From Magnetococcales bacterium (GTDB lineage: Bacteria; Pseudomonadota; Magnetococcia; Magnetococcales; UBA8363), in the NCBI GenBank assembly GCA_002753515.1, contig PEAK01000009.1, forward strand, positions 19,350-83,349: DNA of 64,000 bases. The letters are read 5' to 3'. Numbering within the stretch: position 1 is the first letter of the stretch; every line of letters begins with the position of its first letter. The notes beneath the pieces were generated by a model. That model saw only the letters and a program-made list of their open reading frames with translations, ran no database searches and was not told the DNA's origin. Of the stretch, positions 20,392 to 31,378 are shown piece by piece. The translations under genes were made by a program, and so were the position numbers.

Positions 20392-23076
20392 CTATTGCGA
20401 TGCCAGACGCGCCTGGATCCCGGTCAGACTGGCAATGCGATCCCGCGCCTGATTCGCCTCCTTCTGACTGCCGTAAGGGCCAGAACGAACCCGCTGATAG
20501 GGCGTACCCGCCACAATCGCCTGTTCCCGCGTAATCGGCAAACCCATGGCGCTGATCTGGGACTGCACGTTATCCGCCAACGCCTTTTGCCGATAGGAAC
20601 CCAGTTCCAAAAACACATCACCCCGGCCGACCGCAGCATGATTGTTGCCCCTGCCCGGACCCGGCGAGCGGGTGAAACCCGGAGGCAGTTGCGACAGTTG
20701 ATTCAAGGCCGGCTGCCGATCATAGGCTTGACGATCCGCATTATCCATGGGCATGGAGGGATCCTCCTGCTCTTCCGGCGGTAATGCGGGCCGTGCCGGA
20801 GTTGGGGCAATCGTATTGGCCGCACTCTGCCCAACATCCGCTGGCAGCCCACCGGTAGGTGCCGGATTGCCACCATTGGTCCCGAGACTCCCCACGCCCC
20901 CGGGCATGGTGAAATCAAGGTAAGACCCACCCGGTGCCATGGCCGACGGCGATGGAATTTCCTGATTTTTCACAGCAGGTTCCGTAGGGACCAACTCGTT
21001 ACCTTTCCGACCACCCTTTTCCGGGGTCTCTTTCTTCTCCGGAACCGGATTATCCTTCGCAGGTTGCCCCATGTCCTTGCCGGGTTGACCGGGTTGCGAC
21101 CCATCCTTGCCGGCCCCGGGTTGTTGGTTCGCCTTTCTCACCGGTTGTGCCGTCGCATGAACCATTTTCTGCGCATTCTTCGCCTGTTGCGGCTTCATCT
21201 CCCTGGGCTTGCCCTGGGTCATGACCACTGGCCGCAAGAAAATCACCAGTTCCGTCTTTTTCGCCTGATGCTCCTGATTACTGAACAAGAATCCCACTCC
21301 AGGCAAACGACCCAGCACCGGCAAACCATTGGTCAGTTCCTTGGTTTCATCCTGCATCAGACCACCCATGACAGCAACCTGCCCGGAATGCACCCGCATC
21401 ATGGTCTCCATCTCCTTGACTTCAATCTCGGGGATCTGGCTGATAACAGGCGCTTCCAAACCGGTGGTGGTCGTATTTCTCTGCAAAGCGGGGTTGGGAT
21501 CGTTCTTCCATGCGTAAATACGTGAAATCGTTGGCCGGACATTCAGGTTAACAATATCCTGGTCCGATATCTGCGGCGTCACCGACATGATCAAACCCAC
21601 TGGAACCGTATTGACCCGGGTATTGAATACCGGAACCTGGGCCGTAGCCGCCGCTGCGGTACCCGTCGTCGTCGTGGTCCCATTATTGGTGGTGGCTGTG
21701 GCCGTGGATTCCAAAGTGAAAAACACCTCGTTCCTCACCACTTTGAGCAATGCCGCCTGGTTGTTGAGGGCCATGATCTTGGGCGATGAAAGAACTTTGG
21801 TATTACCAAACGATTCCAAAGCCTTCAAGGCAACACCGATCGGCCCGTTGGACCCCTGACCCGTGTTATGATTGATGGTGAAGAAATCCATCGGGGAATC
21901 AACAGGATTCATTTTGGAGAAAGCCCCGGTGAACGTTACCCCCGACGTGTGGCTGAATACCTGGTTCCAATCGACACCTTCGCGAAAGTCATCGTTCAGC
22001 TCAACTTCAACAACGGTCGATTCAATCAACACCTGGCGGTGTACATTATCGAGGACGGTGTCCAAATATTTTTGGATGCGATCATGCTGGGCCGACGAAG
22101 CGAATACCGAAATGATACCCGCCTCAGGATTGATGGAAACCGTACCGGGCGGTTCACTTCCCGAGCTGACATTGGTATCCAAACCACCGCCCGTGGGTGG
22201 CACGATGCCCCCCAGAATATCGCCCGCTCCCGCTGCCGGAATCACCCCGGGAATTGGCCCAGAGCTGGACCCACTCTTGCCCATTTTATCGCCCAAGCCC
22301 ACAGATGTTCCCCCCCCGGAGGTTGCCGAGGTACCGCTATCAACCATCGAAACCCGGGCTTCGCTACCGAGAATGGATTGAATATTCTGCGTCAACGTAC
22401 GCCAAAACCGGCTGCTCGATGACGTTGTCAGGTGGGTCATCGATTGATTGGCATCATTACTCGACGTATCACTGCTCGTCAAATTGGTCGTACCCTTATT
22501 GGCACTATTGGTCTCACCCGTCGAGACCTGACTGGAAACCTTGTTGCCGCTCTTGGCATCACGTTCCACGTTGATGTAGTCCACCTGGTAAATCTTCAGA
22601 TAAGCCTTATCCGGTGAAACAATGACGGTCTCGCCATCAATTTCGTAGCGGATTCCAACCTGCTTGGACACCCGATCCAAAATTTGCGGCAGGGTCTGGT
22701 CGATGGCACTCAGTGTCACCCGACCGGAAATCCCGGGATAAACGTCAATATTTTTGTTGGCATCCCGGGCCAGGGCAAACAATAAATCTCGCACTGGCAT
22801 TTCCGTGACCGTAATGGTGTAAACCTCTTCACGTGTCCCGGGATCAACCCCATCCTTCTGGGCAATCACATCCGGCGGTAAATCCGCACCCGCCGTAATA
22901 TGGGCAGGGGGATCGGTGGGACGCAAAAAATGGGATTTTGATGCTTTGATGTCGGTAGTTTGACAAGATGCGATCAAAACACCTCCCAACACCGCCCCCA
23001 GGAAAAGGGCACTTCGACGGCCAAATTTCCGGGTTTTGGGTTGCATCGGGCGTCCCCGGGGGCGAATAGGCTTCAT
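20392..23076 (-). CDS. mshL: MSHA-type secretin MshL with long Pro/Gln-rich tail and C-terminal SPOR domain
   Basis: Lipobox IASC; STN domain (MPVRDLLFALARDA); QVLIESTVVEVELND, LSSPKIMALNNQ and KKTELVIFLRP; SPOR motif FLELGSY...YQRVRSGPY. The start may be 23046. Confidence 0.85.
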   Translation of the reverse strand: MKPIRPRGRPMQPKTRKFGRRSALFLGAVLGGVLIASCQTTDIKASKSHFLRPTDPPAHITAGADLPPDVIAQKDGVDPGTREEVYTITVTEMPVRDLLFALARDANKNIDVYPGISGRVTLSAIDQTLPQILDRVSKQVGIRYEIDGETVIVSPDKAYLKIYQVDYINVERDAKSGNKVSSQVSTGETNSANKGTTNLTSSDTSSNDANQSMTHLTTSSSSRFWRTLTQNIQSILGSEARVSMVDSGTSATSGGGTSVGLGDKMGKSGSSSGPIPGVIPAAGAGDILGGIVPPTGGGLDTNVSSGSEPPGTVSINPEAGIISVFASSAQHDRIQKYLDTVLDNVHRQVLIESTVVEVELNDDFREGVDWNQVFSHTSGVTFTGAFSKMNPVDSPMDFFTINHNTGQGSNGPIGVALKALESFGNTKVLSSPKIMALNNQAALLKVVRNEVFFTLESTATATTNNGTTTTTGTAAAATAQVPVFNTRVNTVPVGLIMSVTPQISDQDIVNLNVRPTISRIYAWKNDPNPALQRNTTTTGLEAPVISQIPEIEVKEMETMMRVHSGQVAVMGGLMQDETKELTNGLPVLGRLPGVGFLFSNQEHQAKKTELVIFLRPVVMTQGKPREMKPQQAKNAQKMVHATAQPVRKANQQPGAGKDGSQPGQPGKDMGQPAKDNPVPEKKETPEKGGRKGNELVPTEPAVKNQEIPSPSAMAPGGSYLDFTMPGGVGSLGTNGGNPAPTGGLPADVGQSAANTIAPTPARPALPPEEQEDPSMPMDNADRQAYDRQPALNQLSQLPPGFTRSPGPGRGNNHAAVGRGDVFLELGSYRQKALADNVQSQISAMGLPITREQAIVAGTPYQRVRSGPYGSQKEANQARDRIASLTGIQARLASQ

Positions 23077-23225
23077 ATTTTTTTCCCCAATCGTCGTAAA
23101 GAAACACACCCCATGGAACATCCCAAGGATGTGATCGGCCACTGTCAGTCAAGCGGATGAGCAAGTTTCAGGCCAGCGACAAGACGTAATTGAAGGAACC
23201 AAAAGGATACCGCTGTTTTTCGCAG

Positions 23226-23948
23226 TTACGGGTTCGTTGGACAGGTGTCCCGGGAAACCTGCCAACTCCCTGCGGAGACGCCATGCAGACGAACCCGTGC
23301 CAAAATGGCCAAGAATTCATCCCGGGAAATTTCCCGGGCGCCAAAACGGAGCAGATGCTGAGTGGTCATTTGACAGTCGATGATGGAAAAACCCCAACGT
23401 TGTAGATCGGTAACCAACGTGGCGAAAGCCACCTTGGAAGCATCGGGCTGGTCATGAAACATCGATTCCCCAAAAAAACATCCCCCCAATGCGACCCCAT
23501 ACAACCCACCCACCAGTTTTGACACCCCATCCACCCCGGGTATCCAGGCTTCAACTGAGTGGGCATACCCCAACTTATGCAACCGGATATAAGCCGATTT
23601 CATCTCCCTGGTGATCCAGGTGCCCGCCCCCTCGGGACGTCTGGCACGCGCACAAGCGGCAATCACCTCGTTAAATGCCCGGTCATAGGTGATGTTGAAC
23701 ACCCCCCTTTTGATCACTTTCTTCAGGGAACCCGGAACATGCAACCACTCCGGTCGCAATACCAACCGGGGATCCGTACTCCACCACAGCAGGGGATCCC
23801 CATTGGAAAACCAGGGGAAGATACCCCGGGAATAGGCTTCCAACAATCTTTGGGGCGACAAATCGCCACCAATGGCAAGCAATCCATTGCCCTCAGCCAG
23901 GGTCGCCGGCGGAAACACCGGATCCTTATCCAGAAAAAAAATGGCCAA
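23226..23948 (-). CDS. aat: Leucyl/phenylalanyl-tRNA--protein transferase
   Basis: GLLAIGGDLSPQRLLEAYSRGIFPW, AHSVEAW, GESMF and DASKVA motifs. Confidence 0.96.
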   Translation of the reverse strand: MAIFFLDKDPVFPPATLAEGNGLLAIGGDLSPQRLLEAYSRGIFPWFSNGDPLLWWSTDPRLVLRPEWLHVPGSLKKVIKRGVFNITYDRAFNEVIAACARARRPEGAGTWITREMKSAYIRLHKLGYAHSVEAWIPGVDGVSKLVGGLYGVALGGCFFGESMFHDQPDASKVAFATLVTDLQRWGFSIIDCQMTTQHLLRFGAREISRDEFLAILARVRLHGVSAGSWQVSRDTCPTNP

Positions 23949-23952
23949 GGCT

Positions 23953-26676
23953 TCAGTGGGCCTCCCCCCAATTGTGACCCGTACCGATATCCACCTTGAG
24001 GGGTACCGCCAGAGTCATGGCCGACTCCATGGTTGATCGGACCAATCCCTGAACAGTTTCCACTTCATCCCCGGGGGTTTCCAGAACCAATTCATCATGT
24101 ACCTGCAGGATCATGCGACTCCGCAACCCCGTCTCCTGCAACTGCCGATGCAAACGTATCATGGCCATTTTGATCAGGTCAGCCGCCGATCCCTGGATGG
24201 GGGCGTTGATGGCGGTCCGTTCCGCCAATTCGCGCAAGTTACGATTGGAATGGTTGATCTCACGAATGGGACAGCGCCGCCCCCCCAACGTGGTCACATA
24301 ACCGTGGCTCTTGGCAAACGCCACGGTCCGATCCATGAAATCACGCACACCCCGATAGCGGTTGAAATACACTTCCATGTAACGCGCTGCCTGAAAATTG
24401 GATATCTCCAGCCGTTTGGCCAAACCATACGAACTCATCCCGTAAATAAGACCAAAATTGATGGTCTTGGCCATGCGCCGTTCCTCCGGACCCACATGCC
24501 TCCCATCGGCGGCAAACAATTCCCGCGCCGTGGCGGTATGGATATCCTCATCGGCGGCAAAGGCCTCCTTGAGACGGTCCACATCCGCCAAATGCGCCAA
24601 CAGTCGCAATTCGATCTGCGAATAATCGGCTGACAGCAACACCCATCCCGGCGGGGCGATGAACGCCTTGCGTATGGCGCGCCCATCGGCTGAACGTACG
24701 GGAATGTTTTGCAGGTTGGGCTCCGAAGATGAAAGACGCCCGGTCAAAGCAATGGCTTGGTTAAAACTGGTATGCAAACGCCCGGTCCCCGGGTGAACGA
24801 GCTGCCGCAAATTATCGGTGTATGTCGACTGCAACTTGGTCAACGAGCGATATTCCAACACCTGGGCGGCAATGGGATGCCCCTCCTCCGCCAATTTGGT
24901 CAATACCGTCACATCGGTAGAAAAACCGGTCTTGGTTTTTTTGCCCCCCTTGATCCCCATCTCGTTAAACAATATCTCCCCCAGTTGCTGGGTCGAGTTC
25001 ACGTTGAATTCTTTACCCGCCAACCGATGTATTTCGTGAACCAAGATCTCACTGCGCCGCCCCAAATCAACCGAAATGGTTTGCAACACCCCCTGGTCGA
25101 TGAGGACACCATTGTTTTCCATATCCCCCAAAACCGGGATCAACGGCATTTCCACGTCAGTGAATAGCTTCCAGGAATCCGCCACGCCGGACAAAAGAGA
25201 TGCCATTTTGGCCGCCGCTTCCCACGCCACCTCTGCATCTTCGCACGCATACGGTCCCGCTTTATCCAATGGAACGTGGTCAAACGTAACCTGATTCTTT
25301 CCCGTTCCCGCCACCTCCTTGAACGTGATGGTGGTACGGCCCAACTCTTCCAGGGCGATGGTATCCAGATTGTGTCGGCGGTTGGCACCCTGGAGCATGT
25401 GCGACAACACCATGGCATCCTTGAAGGGTCCACAAAGAGCAATCCCATATTTTTTTAATAAAACATATTCATACTTTAAATTTTGCCCCACCTTGACCAC
25501 ATGGGGATTTTCCAGGATGGGCTGCAAACGTTGCAGCACCGGCTCCAATTGCAACTGTCCCTCCGGGGCTGCCGCAGCAACATGGGCGACCGGCAAATAC
25601 CACGCCCGCCCCCCACCCCAGGAAAACGACAGCCCCACCAAACGGGCCTGTACCGGGTCGGTTCCTGTCGTTTCGGTATCCATGGAAAATTCCCCTTGCC
25701 TTTCCAATTCCTGGGCAAAGGCTGCAAAATGATCCATGGTGGTAATGAGTTGATAATCGGTTTGACATGTCGTCGGACTTGCAGCCACCACCTGCGGCCC
25801 CGCATCGGGGGCAGCCATCTGCAGTTGCCTGACCAACGAGGTGAATTCCATCTCGGTATAAAACGCCAGCAACCGTTCCCGATCAATCGGGCAACGTTTT
25901 AAATCTTCCAGTGAAATATCCAGAGGAATATTGTTGTTGATGGTCACCAACTGCAATGCCAGACGCACCTGATCCTGACTTTGCTCCAGATTGGCCCGTC
26001 GTTGCTTTTGCGGTATCTCGGACAACCGGGCATACAGGGCGTCCAGACTGCCAAACCGCTGCAACAATTCCGCCGCCGTTTTCGGGCCAATCTTGGGCGC
26101 TCCGATAATATTGTCCGAGCTGTCACCCACCAACGCCATGGCCTGCGTCAAGCGATCAACCGGTACCCCCCAGATCTCTTCCACCTCCCGAGGCCCAAGC
26201 CAACGATCCTTGCCAGTGTCCAATATTTTGATCGCGGGAGAAACCAATTGCATCAGGTCCTTATCCCCAGAAACAAGAACCACTTCCATCCCGGCCTCCT
26301 CCCCTTTGCGCGCCAAGGTGCCCAGAATATCGTCAGCCTCATAACCTGGCAGTACAAAAGAGGGAATGCGAAAGGCCTCGACCAGCCGAAAAATGGGTTC
26401 TATCTGACATAAAAGCTCATCCGGCATGGCTTTGCGGTTGGCTTTGTAGTTTTTATCCAGGGCGTGTCGAAATGTGGGCCCTTTGGCATCAAAGGCCACG
26501 GCGAGGTATTCCGGCCTATGCTCATCCAAAACCTTCTGAACCATTTTCAAAAAACCAAAAATGGCATTCGTGGGAAAACCATCGCGTCGCGCCAAATTGC
26601 GCACACCATGAAACGCACGGTAGATATATCCGTGGCCATCGATCAAAAATAACCTAGCTGGCGTATCCGTTACCAT
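23953..26676 (-). CDS. polA: DNA polymerase I
   Basis: 5'-3' exonuclease (YEADD, SGDKD), 3'-5' exonuclease (DTETT) and polymerase motifs (ADYSQIELR, AKTINFG, QVHDEL). Start taken at the internal ATG. Confidence 0.97.
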   Translation of the reverse strand: MVTDTPARLFLIDGHGYIYRAFHGVRNLARRDGFPTNAIFGFLKMVQKVLDEHRPEYLAVAFDAKGPTFRHALDKNYKANRKAMPDELLCQIEPIFRLVEAFRIPSFVLPGYEADDILGTLARKGEEAGMEVVLVSGDKDLMQLVSPAIKILDTGKDRWLGPREVEEIWGVPVDRLTQAMALVGDSSDNIIGAPKIGPKTAAELLQRFGSLDALYARLSEIPQKQRRANLEQSQDQVRLALQLVTINNNIPLDISLEDLKRCPIDRERLLAFYTEMEFTSLVRQLQMAAPDAGPQVVAASPTTCQTDYQLITTMDHFAAFAQELERQGEFSMDTETTGTDPVQARLVGLSFSWGGGRAWYLPVAHVAAAAPEGQLQLEPVLQRLQPILENPHVVKVGQNLKYEYVLLKKYGIALCGPFKDAMVLSHMLQGANRRHNLDTIALEELGRTTITFKEVAGTGKNQVTFDHVPLDKAGPYACEDAEVAWEAAAKMASLLSGVADSWKLFTDVEMPLIPVLGDMENNGVLIDQGVLQTISVDLGRRSEILVHEIHRLAGKEFNVNSTQQLGEILFNEMGIKGGKKTKTGFSTDVTVLTKLAEEGHPIAAQVLEYRSLTKLQSTYTDNLRQLVHPGTGRLHTSFNQAIALTGRLSSSEPNLQNIPVRSADGRAIRKAFIAPPGWVLLSADYSQIELRLLAHLADVDRLKEAFAADEDIHTATARELFAADGRHVGPEERRMAKTINFGLIYGMSSYGLAKRLEISNFQAARYMEVYFNRYRGVRDFMDRTVAFAKSHGYVTTLGGRRCPIREINHSNRNLRELAERTAINAPIQGSAADLIKMAMIRLHRQLQETGLRSRMILQVHDELVLETPGDEVETVQGLVRSTMESAMTLAVPLKVDIGTGHNWGEAH

Positions 26677-26851
26677 GACTGCTGCCTTTGATGGTCTTGC
26701 CACCCCATTGATGGGCTCGTGGTCGCGCAACGGCCCACACCCCAACAAAACACGGCCGCGCCCCTCTGTAACATCACCGAGGGATGCGACCGTCTCCAAT
26801 AGGTGGCCTTGCCGTGTTTCGTCAAAAATTCAACAAAGCGGCATCCATGCG

Positions 26852-27373
26852 TTAAGCCGCTTTTTCGCCCGCCAAGGCCCCTTTGCCTTGCGCACCCGCA
26901 TTTTGCAGTAACGAAAGCTCTGACGAGGAAAAAATTTTGTCGGTATCCAGAAGAATGACAAAATGGTCGCCTTGTTTACCCATCCCCCGCATAAAATCGG
27001 TACGCATTCCCGTACCAATCTTGGGGGCGGGATCAATATGTTCTGGATCCAGCTCCATCACTTCCTTGACCGAATCCGCCATGGCCCCGATCACCGTCGT
27101 CACCTCTTCCTGCACCACATCGATAATGATGATACAGGTATTGACCGTCCTTTCACTCTTGGCCATGCCAAACTTTAAACGCAAATCCACGACTGGTACC
27201 ACACTGCCACGCAGATTGATCACCCCACACATGAAATCGGGAGTCCTCGGAATCTTGGTCAAAGAGGTCCATTCCAAGACTTCCTTGATTTTGGAAATCT
27301 CAATGGCATACACCTCTTTATCCAGGTGAAACGTCAAAAATTGCGTTGATACGGTAATCCCCGGTACGCTCAT
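26852..27373 (-). CDS. cheW: Chemotaxis coupling protein CheW
   Basis: QFLTF..YAI..IKEVLE..GVINLRGSVVPVVDLR. Confidence 0.95.
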   Translation of the reverse strand: MSVPGITVSTQFLTFHLDKEVYAIEISKIKEVLEWTSLTKIPRTPDFMCGVINLRGSVVPVVDLRLKFGMAKSERTVNTCIIIIDVVQEEVTTVIGAMADSVKEVMELDPEHIDPAPKIGTGMRTDFMRGMGKQGDHFVILLDTDKIFSSSELSLLQNAGAQGKGALAGEKAA

Positions 27374-27399
27374 AGCCCTATCCTCCCCTGGTCAATCAA

Positions 27400-29103
27400 T
27401 CAAAATGATTCAAACTCATCATCGGCATGTTTGTCTTGGCCCATCTTGAGATCCACCCCATCCGATTTGGGTGGAGGCAAGGCCACCGCCTTTTTCTTCC
27501 CGGCATGAAGAACCGGTTTTTTAATATGGGCGACCTGGGTCTTGTGATGAGACTTGGACGGCGTGCCACGCCCCACTATCCTGGACTGATTCCCCAGATT
27601 GAAAAAAGCAACGGATTGGCCCATCATGTCGGCCTGGGCATTCAGCTCTTCCGCCGTGGCCGCCATTTCCTCTGAAGCACCTGCATTTTGCTGGATCACC
27701 TGATCCAATTGTTGAATCGCCTGGTTAATCTGCGATGCCCCTTGATTCTGTTCCTGGCTTGAAGCGGCAATTTCCTGGATTAGTTCTGCGGTTTTTTGTA
27801 TGTCAGGGACCAGTTTGTTGATAATCCCGCCCGCTTTCTCCGCCACGCTGACACTTGAAGCGGACAATTGACTGATCTCGCCCGCAGCCGACTGACTGCG
27901 TTCCGCCAGTTTTCTCACCTCGGCGGCGACCACCGCGAACCCCTTGCCATGCTCCCCCGCACGAGCTGCTTCGATAGCGGCGTTCAAGGCCAACAGATTC
28001 GTCTGCCGCGCAATTTCTTCAATGATTCCGATCTTGGAAGCAATCTCCTTCATGGCCTGTACCGCTTCACCGACAGCCGCGCCCCCTTCCTCCGCATCCT
28101 TGGCCGCTTTTTGTGCAATGGTCTGGGTGGTTGAGGAATTATCGGTGTTCTGCGAAATATTGGACGACATCTCCTCCATGGCCGAAGAGGTTTCCTCAAT
28201 GGAAGCGGCCTGTTGCGTAGCCCCCTGAGACAATCCCTGCGCCGCATCGGAAATTTGCGTACTCCCCGAAGAAACCTGCGCCGAAGCCGCGGCGACATCG
28301 CCAATCACCTGCCTGAGCTTGTCCGTCATCTTGTTCATCGCCGCACCCAGGGTTCCCACCTCATCGTGCCGATCAATGGTAACCGATTGCGTCAAATCGC
28401 CATTCGCCAAGGCTTCGGCTAGCCGCACCCCCTCGTTTAATGGAACGGTAATGGAACGGGATATGCTAAATCCCAGCAACAGTCCAAAAACCAGAGCAAA
28501 TACGGTAAATCCCACGATCAGATTGCGACTGGCGTGGTACAGCGCCGTGTTGTCGTCCGATACTTGCTTGGCGCGGGCTTCCTTGAAGTGAGATATTTCC
28601 TCGACCCGTTTATCAACCACATTGAGCTTTTCCCGAGCCTTGCCAAAACTCAACTCGGTAGCTTTTTTGAGAGCATCCGCACCCTCGCCCTGAGCCATTT
28701 TGATCACTTCCTTATGAACCAATTGCCATTCGGCAATCTCCGACTCCAACTTACCCACCAAGTCCTTACCCTTTTCGGTATAAAACTTGGTCTTGGTTTC
28801 CGCCATATCTTTCTGGAGTTCTTGATAGAGTGCAGGTAGCTGACCTAAATATCTCTCTTTCATCTCCTTGGAGGCTGCAAGTAAAAAATTTTTTTCTGCA
28901 CGGACGATTTTATTAATATCAATATAGACCTCCTTGATGATTTTCACCCCTTGCAATTCATACTCATACATTTGCGTGTCGGCCGCATCCAACGCACCCA
29001 TATTGACGATGCCAATTCCCCCAACACCTGCCATCAGAGCCAAGATGAATAAAAAGGCAGCAATCAGCTTGGTGCCAATTTTCATATCTTTAATCCACTG
29101 CAT
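27400..29103 (-). CDS. Methyl-accepting chemotaxis protein (4HB sensor, HAMP, signalling domain)
   Basis: Two TM helices, a HAMP domain and [40 protein letters not shown]. Confidence 0.96.
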   Translation of the reverse strand: MQWIKDMKIGTKLIAAFLFILALMAGVGGIGIVNMGALDAADTQMYEYELQGVKIIKEVYIDINKIVRAEKNFLLAASKEMKERYLGQLPALYQELQKDMAETKTKFYTEKGKDLVGKLESEIAEWQLVHKEVIKMAQGEGADALKKATELSFGKAREKLNVVDKRVEEISHFKEARAKQVSDDNTALYHASRNLIVGFTVFALVFGLLLGFSISRSITVPLNEGVRLAEALANGDLTQSVTIDRHDEVGTLGAAMNKMTDKLRQVIGDVAAASAQVSSGSTQISDAAQGLSQGATQQAASIEETSSAMEEMSSNISQNTDNSSTTQTIAQKAAKDAEEGGAAVGEAVQAMKEIASKIGIIEEIARQTNLLALNAAIEAARAGEHGKGFAVVAAEVRKLAERSQSAAGEISQLSASSVSVAEKAGGIINKLVPDIQKTAELIQEIAASSQEQNQGASQINQAIQQLDQVIQQNAGASEEMAATAEELNAQADMMGQSVAFFNLGNQSRIVGRGTPSKSHHKTQVAHIKKPVLHAGKKKAVALPPPKSDGVDLKMGQDKHADDEFESF

Positions 29104-29353
29104 CGCCCTCTTCTCCCACGATTGTTTGTTGAACAATTATACAATCTATTTATCACTCCATCAAATCCATTTGGAGCAATCTTGATGAATAACCCGATTC
29201 AATGAACACCCGTACATATCCGTTGAACTCCTACACGATCCAACGGCCCTAAGCAAATCAAATATTTTATTGTTTATGTCAACCAAATCTATCATCCTGA
29301 GCTCTACCACGATTGTTTGCTTCCGTTTCAGTCGGCCCGGGAAGGATACCAAT

Positions 29354-29380
29354 AAAAAAGCGGCCCCGAAGAGCCGCCTT
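29354..29380 (-). terminator. Rho-independent terminator ending the SCP2-RND-sgp cluster
   Basis: GCGGC/GCCGC stem followed by a U-tract on the minus strand (AAAAAA on plus), just downstream of the stop at 29404. Confidence 0.75.
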
Positions 29381-29403
29381 GAACACCATCCGAAGCAACC
29401 GGC

Positions 29404-29880
29404 TTATTTGCCGGGAGCGGCCTCTGCAGGTGCTGGAGAAGCCGGAGGGGCACCCCAACCCGGGCCACCATAACCACCTCCCGGATAACCACCACCCCAA
29501 CCCGGACCACCGTAACCACCTCCCGGATAACCACCACCCCAACCCGGACCACCCCAACCACCACCCGGGTATCCGCCATAGGGACCATAGCCATAGCCGT
29601 TGTTCATACCGTTGTTCCAACCGTTGTTCCAACCGTTGTTCCAACCATTATTACCCGAACCACCGCCATCGCCGCTCATATTGAAACCAAAGCTTCCTGA
29701 ACCCCGGCCACTCCCACTACCATTGCCGTTGCCATTGCCGTTGTTCATCCAATTGTTGCCCCAGTTGCCATTATTATAGCCGGGACCATTACCCCACCAA
29801 GCCGATGCCTCCTTGGCCTGGATCATACCCATGCCACCCAACAAGGCGGCGACTGCCATCGCAGTCAGTGTTTTTTTCAT
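29404..29880 (-). CDS. Sulfur globule envelope protein, SgpA/SgpB-like
   Basis: Sec signal ending ASA|WWG-GPGY, an FNMSG motif, GYG/GPY/GGYP repeats and a Pro/Ala tail ending AAPGK. This is the layout I recall for Allochromatium vinosum SgpA. Confidence 0.75.
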   Translation of the reverse strand: MKKTLTAMAVAALLGGMGMIQAKEASAWWGNGPGYNNGNWGNNWMNNGNGNGNGSGSGRGSGSFGFNMSGDGGGSGNNGWNNGWNNGWNNGMNNGYGYGPYGGYPGGGWGGPGWGGGYPGGGYGGPGWGGGYPGGGYGGPGWGAPPASPAPAEAAPGK

Positions 29881-29942
29881 ACATTTTCTCCATCAGGTTG
29901 ATTAAAAAACAAAATTTCGGACAAAAAATCGAACTATCCAAA

Positions 29943-30326
29943 CTACCACCCCCAGCCACCAGGACCTCCCCAGCCGCCAGGACCTCCCCAACCGCCAGGA
30001 CCCCAACCACCAGGCCCCCAACCACCGGGTCCCCAACCATTATTGCCCCAGCCATTGTTACCCCAGCCGTTGTTCCACATGTTGTTCCAGCCATCGCGGG
30101 TCCAGCCGTCCACATCGCCTTCAATTTTAAAATTGAGCCGCCCCGAACCACGACCGCTACCATTATTGTTCCAATTATTGTTATTACCCCAATTATTTCC
30201 CCAGTTATTCCATCCCGGACCATCGCCCCATCCCGGCCCCCACCAAGCCAGAGAGTCCGCAGGAGCCATTGCCAGAATACCACCGAGCAACGCCAGCAAA
30301 GTTACCATATAATATTTTTTTCTCAT
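29943..30326 (-). CDS. Second sulfur globule protein-like paralog (Gly/Trp/Asn-rich)
   Basis: Signal ending SLA|WWGPGWG. Shares GSGRGSG with its neighbour and has GWGPG repeats. GAGGAG lies upstream of the ATG at 30326. Confidence 0.68.
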   Translation of the reverse strand: MRKKYYMVTLLALLGGILAMAPADSLAWWGPGWGDGPGWNNWGNNWGNNNNWNNNGSGRGSGRLNFKIEGDVDGWTRDGWNNMWNNGWGNNGWGNNGWGPGGWGPGGWGPGGWGGPGGWGGPGGWGW

Positions 30327-30533
30327 AACCATACTCCTCGCCACAAGAAAAGGAAAACCACCACCCTGCGACCTGCCGGAAAAGCAAAGGATCCTCATCC
30401 ACGGGAAGACCCCCAGCACGCCTGCGGTGAATAAAACACCGGCGAACCACCCCTGGTCCCCCGGACATGCCAACAACTCAAAATACCCTTGATCTTTCGT
30501 AATCAAGAAATGCTCTCAGCCAACCCACTCAAC

Positions 30534-31181
30534 CTACGGGTAATTGCCACCCCACGCACGATCATCCCACCGATAAGGCGACCCGTAGTACCGATTTCCT
30601 AACGTATCCCACGGTCGGTCCATACCATACCCGGGACCATAGCCATTTTGGATACCATAGCGGTTCCCATTCCAGGAACCATCGGGACCCGGTAACAGGG
30701 GTGCCCCGTGTTCCCATGGTGCCACGGCTCCAGCCCCGTAATACCCTTTACTCATCTCCCAGTCCCAATCCGCATAGGGGGAAGAGGAGATCCAAGGGTC
30801 ATACTCCATCAGTGGAGAACCCCAATACCCCCCCCACTGGTTCGCCCCCCAAGGGTCATACATGGGAACCGGGGCCCGATAGCGCCGCACGTCACGTGCC
30901 CGCCCCTCTCCCGTACCATACCCGCCTTCCCCCCACCTGGGATCGTATCTTTCACCATGAGCACGGTCCCGATTCCAATCCGTTCCCCTGCCTCCCAAGC
31001 GGCCATCACCAGCATCACGATCCCGATTTGCCGCTGATTGTCCCATCTCGTGGACAAACGAACCCATAAACCTGCCAAACCGCCCCCCCAAATCCTGAAG
31101 CTCCCCACCATCACCCGCACAGGCCACCCCACTCGCCATCAGTAGCGCCAATCCCGAAAAACCCGTGGACAGTGATCGCAT
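30534..31181 (-). CDS. Secreted Gly/Trp/Tyr/Arg-rich low-complexity protein
   Basis: Signal peptide ending VACA; YDP(R)W motifs; GYGPGYG. Confidence 0.65.
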   Translation of the reverse strand: MRSLSTGFSGLALLMASGVACAGDGGELQDLGGRFGRFMGSFVHEMGQSAANRDRDAGDGRLGGRGTDWNRDRAHGERYDPRWGEGGYGTGEGRARDVRRYRAPVPMYDPWGANQWGGYWGSPLMEYDPWISSSPYADWDWEMSKGYYGAGAVAPWEHGAPLLPGPDGSWNGNRYGIQNGYGPGYGMDRPWDTLGNRYYGSPYRWDDRAWGGNYP

Positions 31182-31378
31182 CTTCCCACCCCCAACCACA
31201 GTGCGCGGCAAACCATTTTCCTGAATCACTACAAGTTATCCAAAACTCGCCCATCGATTATGGCTGTGATCCCTGCCAAAGACCAGGGGATAAATTCTGA
31301 TTATGTCATTATTCTAATATTATTAATTTCTAATATACAGGGTTCCAAGAGGCTTGGCAAGAAAAAATATCCCCCCCT

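Noticed and set aside
29450-30200. Short tandem repeats that might suggest a CRISPR array
   Set aside because: They are in-frame coding repeats with no unique spacers, and no cas genes are present.
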